From the NCBI GenBank assembly GCA_934660865.1, contig CAKUIA010000010.1, positions 60,001-92,000 of the forward strand: 32,000 nt of DNA, read 5' to 3'. This DNA is from an uncultured Opitutales bacterium. GTDB lineage: Bacteria; Verrucomicrobiota; Verrucomicrobiia; Opitutales; Intestinicryptomonadaceae. The number at the start of each line of letters is the position of its first letter. Position 1 is the first letter of the stretch. Of this stretch, positions 1 through 9,860 are shown one piece after another. A model generated the notes under the pieces. It was not told where the DNA came from. It did no database searches and saw only the letters and a program-made list of their open reading frames with translations. Made by a program: the position numbers and the translations under genes.

Positions 1-2
1 AA

Positions 3-455
3 GACTTTAACGATATGCGCGCAAAAGAGGGCGTTGCCCTGAAAGACGATTTCCTGAAAAGGCTGGAAAAGCTGTCGAAAATGCGCGGCGACTTGGCCGA
101 TTTGTCGAAAGACTGCGTGCAGCTTCGCACCGCGCAGATTTTGGAAAGGCTAAACTCGCTAAACCTCGGCGTCGACGGGAAAGACCCCGCCGTTATGCGC
201 GAGATTGTGCTTTACGCCGACAAAACCGATATTTCCGAAGAGCTTACCCGAATTTCGAGCCACATTGCGCAGTTTAAGTCGCTGCTGGACTCAACCGAAA
301 CTGCGGGGCGAAAACTCGACTTTTTGTGTCAGGAGCTTTTTAGGGAAATAAACACGCTTTCGAGCAAGGCCGCAAAGCTTGAGTGCGTAAAAATCGCCGT
401 AGATTTTAAAAACGAACTGGAACGCATACGCGAGCAGGTTCAAAATGTGGAATAA
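3..455 (+). CDS. yicC: YicC-family protein, C-terminal part (the 5' end lies upstream of the window)
   Basis: The frame is open from base 3. It carries DUF1732-type C-terminal motifs DKTDISEELTRISSH, GRKLDFLCQELFREINTLSSKA and a terminal REQVQNVE. The stop TAA is at 453-455. Confidence 0.8.
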   Translation, partial: DFNDMRAKEGVALKDDFLKRLEKLSKMRGDLADLSKDCVQLRTAQILERLNSLNLGVDGKDPAVMREIVLYADKTDISEELTRISSHIAQFKSLLDSTETAGRKLDFLCQELFREINTLSSKAAKLECVKIAVDFKNELERIREQVQNVE

Positions 456-510
456 AAGTGTTGAAATAAGCCGATTTTTGTAGGAGTATAAATCCCGAAT
501 ACTTACAAAT

Positions 511-1710
511 ATGATGAGAGCTTTTTTAATTCTGTTTTCGGTGCTTGCGCTTTTTTGCGGTTTTGCAAATGCGCAGGGCATTTCCGGCGGCGTAGTTTCA
601 ATCGACAAGGGGCTTAGCAAGGCGCCCGTATACAACATCGCCGTTTCCTCGGATTCCCCCGAACTTAAGGCCGCGGCAACCCGCGCGTTTTCAAGCCACG
701 GTAGCTACAACATTGTGCAGGAAAAATCCTCGCAGTTTGTTTTCCACTTTACCAGCGTTGGCGTAAATGCGGTAAAGCTTTCGATTAAAGGCGGCGGCAC
801 ATTCGAGCAGATTGTTTACGGCGACAACACCTTTAACGCCCTAATGCGCGCGTGCGACTTGGCGGTTGTAAAAACCCTCGGCGGCAACGGCTATTTTGCG
901 GGCAAAATAACCTTTGCAAGCGACAAAACCTCGTTTAAGGAAATCTACGCGGGCGACTTGTTCTTTAACAGGGTTCGCCAGCTTACAAACGACAAATCCG
1001 AATCTATATTCCCCCTTTGGAGCGCCGACGGCACTAAAATTTTGTATTCTGGCTACTACAGGTCGGGCTTTATGGATTTGTACGAGCTTGATTTAAGCAA
1101 GGGCACAAGAAGGCCCTTTGCCCAATACAGGGGCGCAAACGCAGGCGGCGCGCCAAGCCCCGACGGCAGCAGGGTTGCAATGATTTTAACTACAAGCGGC
1201 AACGCCGAAATTTGGCTTGCAGACTCCAACGGGCGCAACGTTAAAAGGCTTACAAAAACGCAGGCTGTGGAATCTTCGCCGAACTGGTCGCCCGACGGCA
1301 AAACTTTGGTGTTTGCCTCCGACGCGCGCGGCGGCCCGCAAATCTACAAAATGTCGGTTAACGGCGGCAAGTTTGTAAGAGTGCCCACAAACATAAGCGG
1401 CTATTGCTCGGAGCCTTCGTTTAACCCAGTAGACCCGTCTAAAATAGTGTTTACGGCCGCAGTTGCAAGGGGCTTTCAGGTTGCGGTATACGACGCCAAA
1501 GAGCGCAAAAGCAAGTTTGTAACCTCGGGCTCGGAAAGGTGCTCGCAGCCCAAGTGGCTTGCCGACGGCCGCCACATAATATTTACAAAGGAAAAGGGCG
1601 GCAAACGCTCGTTGTGGATTGTAGACTCGGAAAGGGGCAAGCAGACTTTGCTTCACTCGAAGTCTATAGGCAACTGCTGCGAAGCAAGCTACTTTTACCC
1701 CGTACGATAA
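511..1710 (+). CDS. tolB: TolB-like periplasmic beta-propeller protein
   Basis: The N-terminal signal peptide is MMRAFLILFSVLALFCGFANAQG. Repeated TolB/WD40-like blade motifs are present (WSADGTKILY, PSPDGSRVAM, GNAEIWLADSNG, PNWSPDGKTLVFASDARGGPQIY). No tolQRA or pal genes are adjacent. Confidence 0.75.
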   Translation: MMRAFLILFSVLALFCGFANAQGISGGVVSIDKGLSKAPVYNIAVSSDSPELKAAATRAFSSHGSYNIVQEKSSQFVFHFTSVGVNAVKLSIKGGGTFEQIVYGDNTFNALMRACDLAVVKTLGGNGYFAGKITFASDKTSFKEIYAGDLFFNRVRQLTNDKSESIFPLWSADGTKILYSGYYRSGFMDLYELDLSKGTRRPFAQYRGANAGGAPSPDGSRVAMILTTSGNAEIWLADSNGRNVKRLTKTQAVESSPNWSPDGKTLVFASDARGGPQIYKMSVNGGKFVRVPTNISGYCSEPSFNPVDPSKIVFTAAVARGFQVAVYDAKERKSKFVTSGSERCSQPKWLADGRHIIFTKEKGGKRSLWIVDSERGKQTLLHSKSIGNCCEASYFYPVR

Positions 1711-2322
1711 ATGAATATTTTTACCTTAGACTTGGAGGGGGTTTTAATTCCCGAAATTTGGATACGCTTTGCAAAGTCGGTTGGCATTGCCGAGCTGGAG
1801 TGCACCACCCGCGACGAGCCCGACTACGACAAGCTTATGCGCTATAGGCTGGAAATTCTCGACAAGCACAACCTTAAAATGCCCGACATAGAAAAGGTGC
1901 TGTCGAAAATAGAGCCGCTTGAAGGCGCAAAAGAGTTTTTAGACTGGCTTAAAAGCAGGGGCCGCGTTGTGATTTTGTCGGACACTTTCGAGCAGTTTGC
2001 AAACCCCATTATGAAGCATTTGGGGTATCCCACATTGTTTTGCCACTCGCTTGTGGTGGAAAAATGCGGCAGAATATCGGGCTATAAACTGCGCATGGCC
2101 GACCAAAAACGCAAGTCGGTGGAGGCTTTCCGCTCGCTTAATTTCAACGTTATTGCCTCGGGCGACTCGTACAACGACTTGTCCATGCTAAGGGCGGCAA
2201 ACAGCGCGGTTTTGTATAGGCCGACGGCAAAATTCGCCGCCGAAAATTCGGATTTACCCGTAGCCGAAAACTACGCACAACTAAAACAAAAATTTGAGGA
2301 ATTGGAAAAAATTTATGGCTAA
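1711..2322 (+). CDS. thrH: Phosphoserine phosphatase / homoserine phosphotransferase, ThrH type (HAD superfamily)
   Basis: The protein is colinear over its full length with my recollection of Pseudomonas ThrH ([58 protein letters not shown]). Its ATG directly abuts the stop of the upstream gene (TAAATG). Confidence 0.85.
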   Translation: MNIFTLDLEGVLIPEIWIRFAKSVGIAELECTTRDEPDYDKLMRYRLEILDKHNLKMPDIEKVLSKIEPLEGAKEFLDWLKSRGRVVILSDTFEQFANPIMKHLGYPTLFCHSLVVEKCGRISGYKLRMADQKRKSVEAFRSLNFNVIASGDSYNDLSMLRAANSAVLYRPTAKFAAENSDLPVAENYAQLKQKFEELEKIYG

Positions 2323-3511
2323 CAACAAGGGAAGATACGCACAGCGCGGCGTTTCGGCAGGCAAGGAAGAAGTACACTCGGCGGTAGACAAGCTGGACAG
2401 GGGCATATTCCCATCGGCATTCTGCAAGATTACCGAAGACTACCTTACCGGCTCGCGCAAAAAGTGCAATGTAATACACTCCGACGGCAGCGGAACAAAA
2501 TCCATAATCGCCTATTTGTATTATAAGGAAACGGGCGACGCTTCGGTGTTTAAGGGCATTTCGCAAGACTCTATTGTAATGAACATAGACGACCTGCTTT
2601 GCATTGGCGTATACGACAGGATTTTGTTGTCGAACACCCTAAACAGGAACGCCAAGAACATAGACGGCAAAGCCCTTGCCGCCCTTATAAACGGTGCGGA
2701 GGAATTTTTGGCGACGCTTAGGAAATACGGCGTGAAAATCTACGGCGGCGGCGGCGAAACCGCCGACACGGGCGACATAACGGGCACCGTTGCGGTAGAC
2801 TCGTGCGCGGTTGCCGTTATGGACAAAAAGTCGGTAATTAGCGGCGATGCGATTAAGCCGGGATTGGCTATTGTAGGGTTAGCTTCGTTTGGCAGGGCCA
2901 CTTATGAAACTTTCGAAAACAGCGGCATAGGCTCGAACGGGCTTACAAGCGCGCGCCACGATATGCTTTGCAAATACTACGCAAAAAAATATCCCGAAAC
3001 ATTCGACAAAAACATCGACAAAAAATTCGTATACTGCGGCCCCTACAAGTTTGCCGACAAGCTGCCCGATTCGGATATGACGGTAGCCGAGGCGATATTG
3101 TCGCCGACAAGAACGTATGCACCCGTAATTGCAAAGCTTGCAAAAAAGCACAAGAACCTGATTAAAGGGCTTGTTCACTGTTCGGGCGGCGGGCAGACAA
3201 AATGCCTGCGCTTCGGCAAGGGGGTGCACTTTGTAAAAGACAATCTTTTCGAGCCTCCCGCGGTTTTCAAGGCCATTCAAAACGCCAGCAAAACCACGCT
3301 AAAGGAAATGTACGAAGTCTACAATATGGGGCACAGAATGGAAGTTTACTGCGCCGAAAAAGACGTAGACAAAGTTATTGCCGTGGCCAAAAGCTTTAAG
3401 ATTGCGGCTCAAAAAGTGGGCTACACCGAAAAGACGCAGCGCGCCGACGGCAAAAACCATCTAACAATTAAACTCGGTTCCAAACGCATAGAATACGGGC
3501 CGAGAGACTAG
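2315..3511 (+). CDS. purM: Phosphoribosylformylglycinamidine cyclo-ligase (AIR synthase), long Bacteroidetes-like form
   Basis: Motifs seen are [74 protein letters not shown] and [10 protein letters not shown] prefer the ATG at 2315 (MANNKGRY), which overlaps the thrH stop by 8 nt, over the ORF-track start at 2294. Confidence 0.85.
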   Translation: MANNKGRYAQRGVSAGKEEVHSAVDKLDRGIFPSAFCKITEDYLTGSRKKCNVIHSDGSGTKSIIAYLYYKETGDASVFKGISQDSIVMNIDDLLCIGVYDRILLSNTLNRNAKNIDGKALAALINGAEEFLATLRKYGVKIYGGGGETADTGDITGTVAVDSCAVAVMDKKSVISGDAIKPGLAIVGLASFGRATYETFENSGIGSNGLTSARHDMLCKYYAKKYPETFDKNIDKKFVYCGPYKFADKLPDSDMTVAEAILSPTRTYAPVIAKLAKKHKNLIKGLVHCSGGGQTKCLRFGKGVHFVKDNLFEPPAVFKAIQNASKTTLKEMYEVYNMGHRMEVYCAEKDVDKVIAVAKSFKIAAQKVGYTEKTQRADGKNHLTIKLGSKRIEYGPRD

Positions 3512-3523
3512 TATTTTCGCAAA

Positions 3524-4627
3524 ATGTTAAAAGCAGGTATAGTAGGTTTGCCGAATGTCGGCAAAAGCACTTTGTTCAACGCGCTGACACGCTCAAGAAA
3601 AGCCGAGGCCGCAAATTATCCCTTCTGCACAATAGAGCCCAATGTCGGCGTTGTGGAAGTTCCCGACTCCAGGCTGGAGCCTTTGGCGAAAATCGCAAAA
3701 ACGTCGGTAATAGTTCCGGCGGCGGTAGAATTTGTAGACATTGCCGGTTTGGTTGCGGGCGCCTCAAAAGGCGAGGGCTTGGGCAATAAGTTTTTGGCCA
3801 ACATACGCGAGGTAGACGCAATCGTTCAGGTTGTCCGCTGCTTCGACGACGACGATATACTTCATTCGGTAGGTTCCGTAGACCCCGTAAGGGATATTGA
3901 AATTATTTCGACCGAGCTTGCCCTGGCCGATTTGCAAAGCTGCGAAAAACAGCTTGAAAACAATATCCGCAAGGCAAAGGGTATGGACAAGGAAGCCATA
4001 AAGAACGTAGACCTGCTAAAGCGTTTGGTAGACCACCTAAATTCGCTTAAGCCCGCAAGCACTTTGGATTGCAACGACGACGACAAAGAGCGCATGAAAG
4101 GCTACTTTTTGCTTACGGCTAAGCCCGTTATATATGCCTGCAACGTTTCCGACGCCGACATTGCCGACCCCTCGCAAAACGCGTATGTGGAAAAGGTAAG
4201 GCAATTTGCCAAAACCGAGCACAATGCCTCTACATGCGTAATTTGCGCAAAGCTTGAAGAGGAGCTTTCGGAATTGTCGAAAGAAGAGGCAAAAAGCTAC
4301 ATTCAGGAAATGGGCGCAAAAGACAGCGGCGTTTCGGAGCTTATTAGGGCAACCTATTCGCTGTTGGGTTTGGCAAGCTATTTTACCGCGGGCGAAAAAG
4401 AGGCCAAGGCCTGGACATTTGTAAAGGGAATGACAGCCCCGCAGTGCGCTGGCGTAATACACACCGATTTCGAAAAGGGCTTTATAAAGGCCGAAGTTAT
4501 TTCGGCAAAAGACCTTATAGAATGCGGCTCGTTTGCCGCCGCCAGAGAGGCGGGCAAATACAGGCTTGAAGGCAAAGACTATGTTTTTCAAGACGGAGAT
4601 GTTGCCGTCTTTAGATTCAACAACTAG
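3524..4627 (+). CDS. ychF: Ribosome-binding ATPase YchF (Obg-family GTPase fold)
   Basis: It has the [16 protein letters not shown]-loop, [19 protein letters not shown], and C-terminal TGS/YchF motifs ([23 protein letters not shown]). The length is 367 aa. Confidence 0.95.
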   Translation: MLKAGIVGLPNVGKSTLFNALTRSRKAEAANYPFCTIEPNVGVVEVPDSRLEPLAKIAKTSVIVPAAVEFVDIAGLVAGASKGEGLGNKFLANIREVDAIVQVVRCFDDDDILHSVGSVDPVRDIEIISTELALADLQSCEKQLENNIRKAKGMDKEAIKNVDLLKRLVDHLNSLKPASTLDCNDDDKERMKGYFLLTAKPVIYACNVSDADIADPSQNAYVEKVRQFAKTEHNASTCVICAKLEEELSELSKEEAKSYIQEMGAKDSGVSELIRATYSLLGLASYFTAGEKEAKAWTFVKGMTAPQCAGVIHTDFEKGFIKAEVISAKDLIECGSFAAAREAGKYRLEGKDYVFQDGDVAVFRFNN

Positions 4628-4638
4628 CCGCTTTTGCT

Positions 4639-5388
4639 ATGAAAATTAGGCCGGCCGCCATATTGACGTCGCCGAAATTGGCGGTTGCCCTAATGCTGTA
4701 TTCGGCATTTTTTGTTTTTGTGCTTACTGTAGACCAAACGCGCTTGGGCGTAGACGGCGCGGTCGAAAAGTATGTGCAGTCTTTTTTTTGCGCAGTAGAT
4801 TTGCCGTTTTTTCCGTATAAAATTCCCCTGTTGGGCGGTTTTTTTGTGGGGGCGGTGTATGTTGCGGTTTTGTCGGCAAGCCTAATAACCTACAAAAAGG
4901 GCAAAATGCAAGCCTTCGGTTTTGCGATGGTGCACGCCTCGTTGGTGCTTTTGGTAATATCGGGTTTTTTGCAGTGTTTTTGGCGCAAACAGGCATATCT
5001 AACCCTTTCCGAAAACCGGACGGCAAACCAACTAACCCTGTATTCTCAAAACGGCAAAGCCGCAGGCAATATTCCACTTTTGTATTCTATAACGCTAAAA
5101 AAATTCGAAACTAAAAACTGGCAAAATAGCGATATTGCAAAGGAATATTCCAGCACGTTGGCATTCGAAAAAGACGGCGTAATAGACATAAAAACGGTTA
5201 AGATGAACGAGCCCGTGCAGTATGGCGCCTGGACATATTTTCAAAGCGGGCACCTAAACGACGGCAAAACAACGGTGCTTTTGGCGGTTAAAAACCCCGT
5301 AAAGATATTGCCGTATTTGGCGCTTATACTTGTGGTTTTAGGGGCGCTTATAATGTATTCGCAAAAACTTTTCGCCGCCCGAAAATGA
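4639..5388 (+). CDS. resB: Compact ResB/Ccs1-like cytochrome c biogenesis protein (system II)
   Basis: The layout is an N-terminal TM segment, a TM segment with a conserved His (MVHASLVLLVISG), a soluble segment ending in MNEPVQYGAWTYFQSG, and a C-terminal TM segment. Its stop overlaps the ccsA start (ATGA at 5385-5388). Confidence 0.65.
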   Translation: MKIRPAAILTSPKLAVALMLYSAFFVFVLTVDQTRLGVDGAVEKYVQSFFCAVDLPFFPYKIPLLGGFFVGAVYVAVLSASLITYKKGKMQAFGFAMVHASLVLLVISGFLQCFWRKQAYLTLSENRTANQLTLYSQNGKAAGNIPLLYSITLKKFETKNWQNSDIAKEYSSTLAFEKDGVIDIKTVKMNEPVQYGAWTYFQSGHLNDGKTTVLLAVKNPVKILPYLALILVVLGALIMYSQKLFAARK

Positions 5389-7145
5389 AAAAGTTTGATT
5401 CTATTTTTGTTTTGTTTTTGTGCTTTGTGTGGCTCTTTTACCCGTACATTGCAGACTATGTTTTCGGTTCGAATGCAGCCTATTCGGGCATGGGGGCGCT
5501 TTGCGTGCAAAAGGAGGGCCGAAATATGCCGCTTTCTTCGGCGGCAAACGACGCTTTGCGAATGATTGGCGGCAAAAGCGCCGTTGTTGTAGACGGCAAA
5601 AAAGTTTCGGCAACGCAGTTTGTTTTAATGCTAAATGCGGCCCAGCCGCAGGCATACCAAGCCGACGTTTTCAGGGTAGACGACCCCGCTTTGCGCAAAG
5701 CCCTAAATTTAAAAGGCCGCTATTGCTCGTACAACTTTTTGGCTGAAAATGCGCAAAAACTTTCGGGCAACGCCGCCTTTTTAAATCTTGCCCGAAATAT
5801 TTTGGCGTTCGAAGCTTTGGGCGAGACTTTTGTATATTCGCCCGACAATGCCGATTTTTCGCCGTCTAAGTTTTACGACTACTGGCAAAGGGAGGTTGCA
5901 ATAGCGCAGGGCGAAATTTCGCGCTCGAGAGTCGAAAACAGGAAAGTGGACGATTCTAAAATATACAACGCGGGCAAAATTTTGGCAATGCTTAGGCAAA
6001 AACAGGCTACGTTCGACTCGCATAAAGATTTTTCGTTTAAGCCGCTGTATGCCGAAAACCGCCCCATGGGCGCGTTCGATTTTTTGTTGGAACGCAATCC
6101 CGACGGGCTTTCCAAAAAAACAAATTCGGCATATTGCAGGTATTTTGAGGCTTTAAACAAAGGCGATATTTCGGCGGCAGCCAAACTAAAACGGCAGTTT
6201 TTGTCCGACATTGCCTTTAAAATCGGGTTCGAAAATTTCGCCAACAACCTCGACATATTTTACAAGGCCTTTGTGCTGTTTTGCGCGGCCGCAATATGCG
6301 GTTTGCTGTCTTCGTTGGCGGGCAAAAAGGGCTTTTTGCATACGGCCTTTATTACGGCGTTTGCCGCTGCAAGCGTGTTTTGCTGCTTTGCGCTGGCAAT
6401 GCGCTGCTACATACAGCTAAGGCCGCCCGTTACAAATCTGTATTCTTCGGCGGTGTTTACGGGCGCAGTTTGCGCGTTGGTGTCGCTTGTTTTGTGGTGC
6501 GCAAAAAGAAATTCGATATACGCTTTTGCGGGCTGCATTATAGGCGCCGTTTCTTCGCTGGTGGCGCTAAACTTGCCGTATAGCGGCGACACAATGGGGC
6601 ATATGCGCGCCGTGCTAAACTCGAATTTTTACCTTACAGTGCATGTTGTTACCATTATGCTTGGCTACTGCGCGGCATTGCTGGGGGCCGCGGTTGCGTC
6701 GCTAAAGCTTGTAGGCAATGCCGTTTTCATAAAAAAATCCTCAAGGGGGCAAACGGCAAAATGCGCAGCAACGGTTGCCGCAATTATGCGCTGGGCTTTG
6801 CTTTTTGTGTTTGCCGGCACAATGCTAGGCGGCATTTGGGCCGACTTTAGCTGGGGTCGTTTTTGGGGGTGGGACCCAAAGGAAAACGGCGCCTTGATTT
6901 TGCTTTTATACCTGGCCGTTTGCGTTCATTGCAGGTCGTTTGCGCTGCTTTGCGACAGGGCTTTTTTGGGAATGGCAAGCCTTGCTTTTATTGCGGTTTT
7001 GTGGGCGTGGTTCGGCGTTAATATGCTGGGTATCGGCCTGCACAGCTACGGCTTTTTTAGCGGTAATTGGCCTGCGCTAATAGGTTGTGTGGTTTTGCAA
7101 ATATTTGTTGCCGCGCTTTGCAAAATCAACGAAAGAAACGAATAG
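5385..7145 (+). CDS. ccsA: Cytochrome c biogenesis protein CcsA with a long N-terminal periplasmic extension
   Basis: The Trp-rich heme-handling motif is WADFSWGRFWGWDPKENGAL, flanked by His residues (MGHMRAV, GIGLHSYGF). There are multiple TM helices in the C-terminal half, and the N-terminal region of about 290 aa carries QKEGRNMPLSSAANDALRMIGGK. Confidence 0.85.
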   Translation: MKKFDSIFVLFLCFVWLFYPYIADYVFGSNAAYSGMGALCVQKEGRNMPLSSAANDALRMIGGKSAVVVDGKKVSATQFVLMLNAAQPQAYQADVFRVDDPALRKALNLKGRYCSYNFLAENAQKLSGNAAFLNLARNILAFEALGETFVYSPDNADFSPSKFYDYWQREVAIAQGEISRSRVENRKVDDSKIYNAGKILAMLRQKQATFDSHKDFSFKPLYAENRPMGAFDFLLERNPDGLSKKTNSAYCRYFEALNKGDISAAAKLKRQFLSDIAFKIGFENFANNLDIFYKAFVLFCAAAICGLLSSLAGKKGFLHTAFITAFAAASVFCCFALAMRCYIQLRPPVTNLYSSAVFTGAVCALVSLVLWCAKRNSIYAFAGCIIGAVSSLVALNLPYSGDTMGHMRAVLNSNFYLTVHVVTIMLGYCAALLGAAVASLKLVGNAVFIKKSSRGQTAKCAATVAAIMRWALLFVFAGTMLGGIWADFSWGRFWGWDPKENGALILLLYLAVCVHCRSFALLCDRAFLGMASLAFIAVLWAWFGVNMLGIGLHSYGFFSGNWPALIGCVVLQIFVAALCKINERNE

Positions 7146-7177
7146 CCCGTTTTATAGCCCAAGTTTGCCGAAAATTT

Positions 7178-8233
7178 TTACCTGTCGCAAAGTTCAAGCG
7201 ACGGCCTTACAGGCATAGCGCCTTCGGGGCAAATTGTGTTTGCTTCGTCGAGCCAGGCCGCAAAGGCTATCATCGAGGCGTTGTCGCCCCTGTGCTCTTT
7301 TTTTGCCGAAAAGAATTTGCAGCCCAGCCGCTTGGCCATTTTTTCGAACTCGTTTCTTAAAAGCGAGTTGTTCGAAACCCCGCCGCTTATGCCTATGCTT
7401 TTATAGGGCTTTTGCTTTGCAAATATAAGCGTTTTGCGCTTTAGCTGCTCTACAACCGCGCGCTGGTACGAAGCGCAAATGTCGGCGTAGTTTTCTTTTA
7501 TTTGCCCGTCGCTTAGCTTTTCCAAAAAATACCTTAAACTTGTTTTCAGCCCCGAAAAGCTGAACGAAATATCGCCCTTGTGCCCCATTGCGGTGGGAAA
7601 TATATATTTTTTCGGGTTTCCGTTAAGGGCGTTTTTTTCCAGCAAAGGCCCGCCGGGATAGGGCATTCCCAAAAGCTTTGCCCCCTTGTCCAGGGCTTCG
7701 CCCGCGGCGTCGTCTAAAGTTTCGGCAAGTATTTTTATTTGGCGGTCGGTTCCTATTTCCACAAGAATTGTGTTGCCGCCCGAAACTATAAGCGAAAGGT
7801 TGGGCAGCAAATCGGTAAAGTTTTTTTCGAAATTTACGGGGTTGCTTTCGTGAAGCGCAATAAAGGGCGAATGGCAGTGCCCCCTTAGATGGTTTACGCC
7901 GTAAAGGGGTTTGTTGTAGTACAACGCCAGCGCGCTTGCCGCGCACACGCCCATTGCCAAGCAGTTCGGCAGCCCCGGCCCGTAGGTAACGGCAATTTTG
8001 TCTACGCGGTTTATGTCGAATTCGCGGCATACCTTTTGGCACAAAAAGGGCAGCTTTTTAAGGTGCTCGGTGCTGGCCAAGTCGGGAACAACGCCGCCGT
8101 ACAGCGCGTGCAAATCTATTTGCGAGTGTATTATTTCGCTTATAAAGCCCATTCGGGAATCGAATACGGCCAACGCCGATTCGTCGCACGAAGATTCCAC
8201 CGCCAAAATTATTTCGTTTTTTAGAAAGCTCAT
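7178..8233 (-). CDS. tsaD: tRNA N6-adenosine threonylcarbamoyltransferase TsaD
   Basis: Motifs seen are ILAVESSCDESALAV, YGPGLPNCL, NHLRGH, SGGNT, DEAGEALDK-like DDAAGEALDKGAKLLG and GGVSNNSLLR. Its start overlaps the radC stop (ATGA). Confidence 0.95.
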   Translation of the reverse strand: MSFLKNEIILAVESSCDESALAVFDSRMGFISEIIHSQIDLHALYGGVVPDLASTEHLKKLPFLCQKVCREFDINRVDKIAVTYGPGLPNCLAMGVCAASALALYYNKPLYGVNHLRGHCHSPFIALHESNPVNFEKNFTDLLPNLSLIVSGGNTILVEIGTDRQIKILAETLDDAAGEALDKGAKLLGMPYPGGPLLEKNALNGNPKKYIFPTAMGHKGDISFSFSGLKTSLRYFLEKLSDGQIKENYADICASYQRAVVEQLKRKTLIFAKQKPYKSIGISGGVSNNSLLRNEFEKMAKRLGCKFFSAKKEHRGDNASMIAFAAWLDEANTICPEGAMPVRPSLELCDR

Positions 8234-9006
8234 TGTATGGTAAGTTTTTTAGATGCCACGTTCGACGATTGGTATTCGGGCAAAGACGAGTCGTACAGCT
8301 TGTCCATAAGCCCGCCGCGCCTGAACGAAAAGCTGTCGTTTTTGCCCACAATAATGTGCTCTATTAAATCCACATTTATTGTGCGGCATGTTTGCGCAAG
8401 TGTTTCGGTAAGGTATATGTCGTTTTCCGACGGCGTGCAGTTGCCGCTGGGGTGGTTGTGCGCCAAAACTATGCTCGACGCCGAAAGCCTTATTGCGTGC
8501 TCTACAATCTTTCGCGCGTCTACCGAAGCCGCCGAGGCCGAGCCCGTAGAAATTCTTATCGCGCCGCCGCCGAGCATTTCCAGCTGTGAATTTAGGCATA
8601 CTATTTCGAAAACCTCGTAGGGATACTGGCAAATTCTGCTTTTAAAATATTTTATAAGCGAATCTATTGTTGCGGGTTGTCCGTTTTCGCCCGTAAGGTT
8701 TTGCCTGTTTGCGGCTTCTATGCAAAGCCGAAGAATTTTTACCGAGCTTAGCGCTGCAAGCCCAAAACCCTTTACTTCGAGCAGGTCGTTGTCGCTTGCA
8801 AAGATTACGCCGCCAACCGAGCCGAAGCGGTTTATCAGCGCCTTTGCAAGCGGCTTTACGTCTATTCTCGGTATGCACAGCATAAGAAAAAGCTCCATAC
8901 ATTCGTAGTCGGCAATGTCGTTTAACTTGCCGCTTAAAATGCGTTCGCGCAGGCGTTGCCTGTGTCCGCTTGCGGAGTTTTCCATGTCGAACGGTTGGCT
9001 TTTCAT
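8230..9006 (-). CDS. radC: RadC-family JAB-domain protein
   Basis: The N-terminus has GHRQRLRERI, followed by a helix-hairpin-helix-like region (LLEVKGFG), and the C-terminus has the JAMM-like motif LAHNHPSGNCTPSENDIYLT. Its start overlaps the thiD stop (ATGA at 9003-9006). An internal alternative start is at M8. Confidence 0.85.
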   Translation of the reverse strand: MKSQPFDMENSASGHRQRLRERILSGKLNDIADYECMELFLMLCIPRIDVKPLAKALINRFGSVGGVIFASDNDLLEVKGFGLAALSSVKILRLCIEAANRQNLTGENGQPATIDSLIKYFKSRICQYPYEVFEIVCLNSQLEMLGGGAIRISTGSASAASVDARKIVEHAIRLSASSIVLAHNHPSGNCTPSENDIYLTETLAQTCRTINVDLIEHIIVGKNDSFSFRRGGLMDKLYDSSLPEYQSSNVASKKLTIQ

Positions 9007-9788
9007 TTCTTATGGGGAAAGTGGTTTATAAAATTTTCGCCTGCAACTAAAACGGGGTTTTGCATTCCCTTTAAAAGATATTTTCGGGCGTTTTCAACCG
9101 AAGTTTCAAGGGAAAAGCCCTTTGCAAAATTTGCGCAAATTGCCGCGCTTAGCGTGCAGCCGCTGCCGTGCGTATTTATGCGGGGTATGCGCCTTGTTTG
9201 CCACGAAAATGTTTTGCCGTTTTTAGTGCACAGAACGTCGGTTAAAATGTCGTCCTTTAAATGCCCGCCCTTTAGCAGTACGGCAGTATCTACTATTTTA
9301 GAAAGCTCTTTTGCCGCCGCAAATATGTCTACAACGGGCTTGCCAAGCAAAAACTGCGCTTCGTCCAAATTGGGGGTTATAACTTCGGCAAGGGGCAAAA
9401 GGCGGTTTTTTAACGCGTCTACGGCGTTGTCGCTTAAAAGTTTTGCGCCGCTGGTGGAAATCATTACGGTGTCGGCAACAAACCTTATTTTAGGGTGAGC
9501 TTCGGCAAAGTCGGCAAGGGCGTTTATGCAGTCGGCGTCGAACAACATTCCGCACTTCATGGCTTTTGGCGCAAAAAATTTTGCAACGGCGTTTAGTTGT
9601 TCCGACAAGAATTGTGCCGACACCTTAAAGACGCCGCAAACTTTGCCGGGATTTTGCGCGGTTAGCGCCGCAATCGCCGAAGTGGCAAAAACGCCGTTTG
9701 CCGCAAAAGTAAGCATGTCGGCCTGAATGCCCGCGCCGCCGCCCGAATCGCTGCCTGCAACGGTTAAAGCTGTGCATAATCCCGTCAT
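9003..9788 (-). CDS. thiD: Hydroxymethylpyrimidine/phosphomethylpyrimidine kinase ThiD
   Basis: The homologous region begins at MTGLCTALTVAGSDSGGGAGIQADMLTF (ATG at 9788-9786). The C-terminal motif is GSGCTLSAAICANFAKG. The ORF-track start at 10364 adds 192 implausible residues that lie antisense to rarA. Confidence 0.85.
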   Translation of the reverse strand: MTGLCTALTVAGSDSGGGAGIQADMLTFAANGVFATSAIAALTAQNPGKVCGVFKVSAQFLSEQLNAVAKFFAPKAMKCGMLFDADCINALADFAEAHPKIRFVADTVMISTSGAKLLSDNAVDALKNRLLPLAEVITPNLDEAQFLLGKPVVDIFAAAKELSKIVDTAVLLKGGHLKDDILTDVLCTKNGKTFSWQTRRIPRINTHGSGCTLSAAICANFAKGFSLETSVENARKYLLKGMQNPVLVAGENFINHFPHKK

Positions 9789-9811
9789 ATTGCCAAAAGA
9801 TAATGCACTAT

Positions 9812-9842
9812 TTGACAAAACTTTCAAGATTTGCTTTAGTAT
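9812..9842 (+). promoter_or_regulatory. Putative sigma70-type promoter for rarA in the 72-bp divergent thiD/rarA spacer
   Basis: There is a perfect -35 TTGACA at 9812-9817. The -10 candidates are TTTAGT (17-nt spacer) or TAGTAT (19-nt spacer), about 18 nt upstream of the ATG at 9861. Confidence 0.35.
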
Positions 9843-9860
9843 CCGAAAATTTTTAGTTTT

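Noticed and set aside
456-510. A promoter upstream of the tolB-like gene (TTGAAA ... TATAAA).
   Set aside because: The spacer between the two hexamers is 20 nt, which is too long for a confident sigma70 call. Alternative hexamers are weak.
4786-4793. Homopolymer tracts (T8 in resB, A8 at 12464-12471 in hpnH) as possible phase-variation switches.
   Set aside because: They are short, occur once each, lie in conserved housekeeping-type genes and encode sensible Phe or Lys runs. Nothing suggests slipped-strand regulation.
9789-9860. A possible TPP riboswitch upstream of thiD. I also considered SAM and FMN riboswitches upstream of metY and ribE.
   Set aside because: The thiD leader is at most 72 nt and shows no THI-box core (no CUGAGA or its partner helix). 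metY and ribE have spacers of -1 and 1 nt, which leave no room for a leader.
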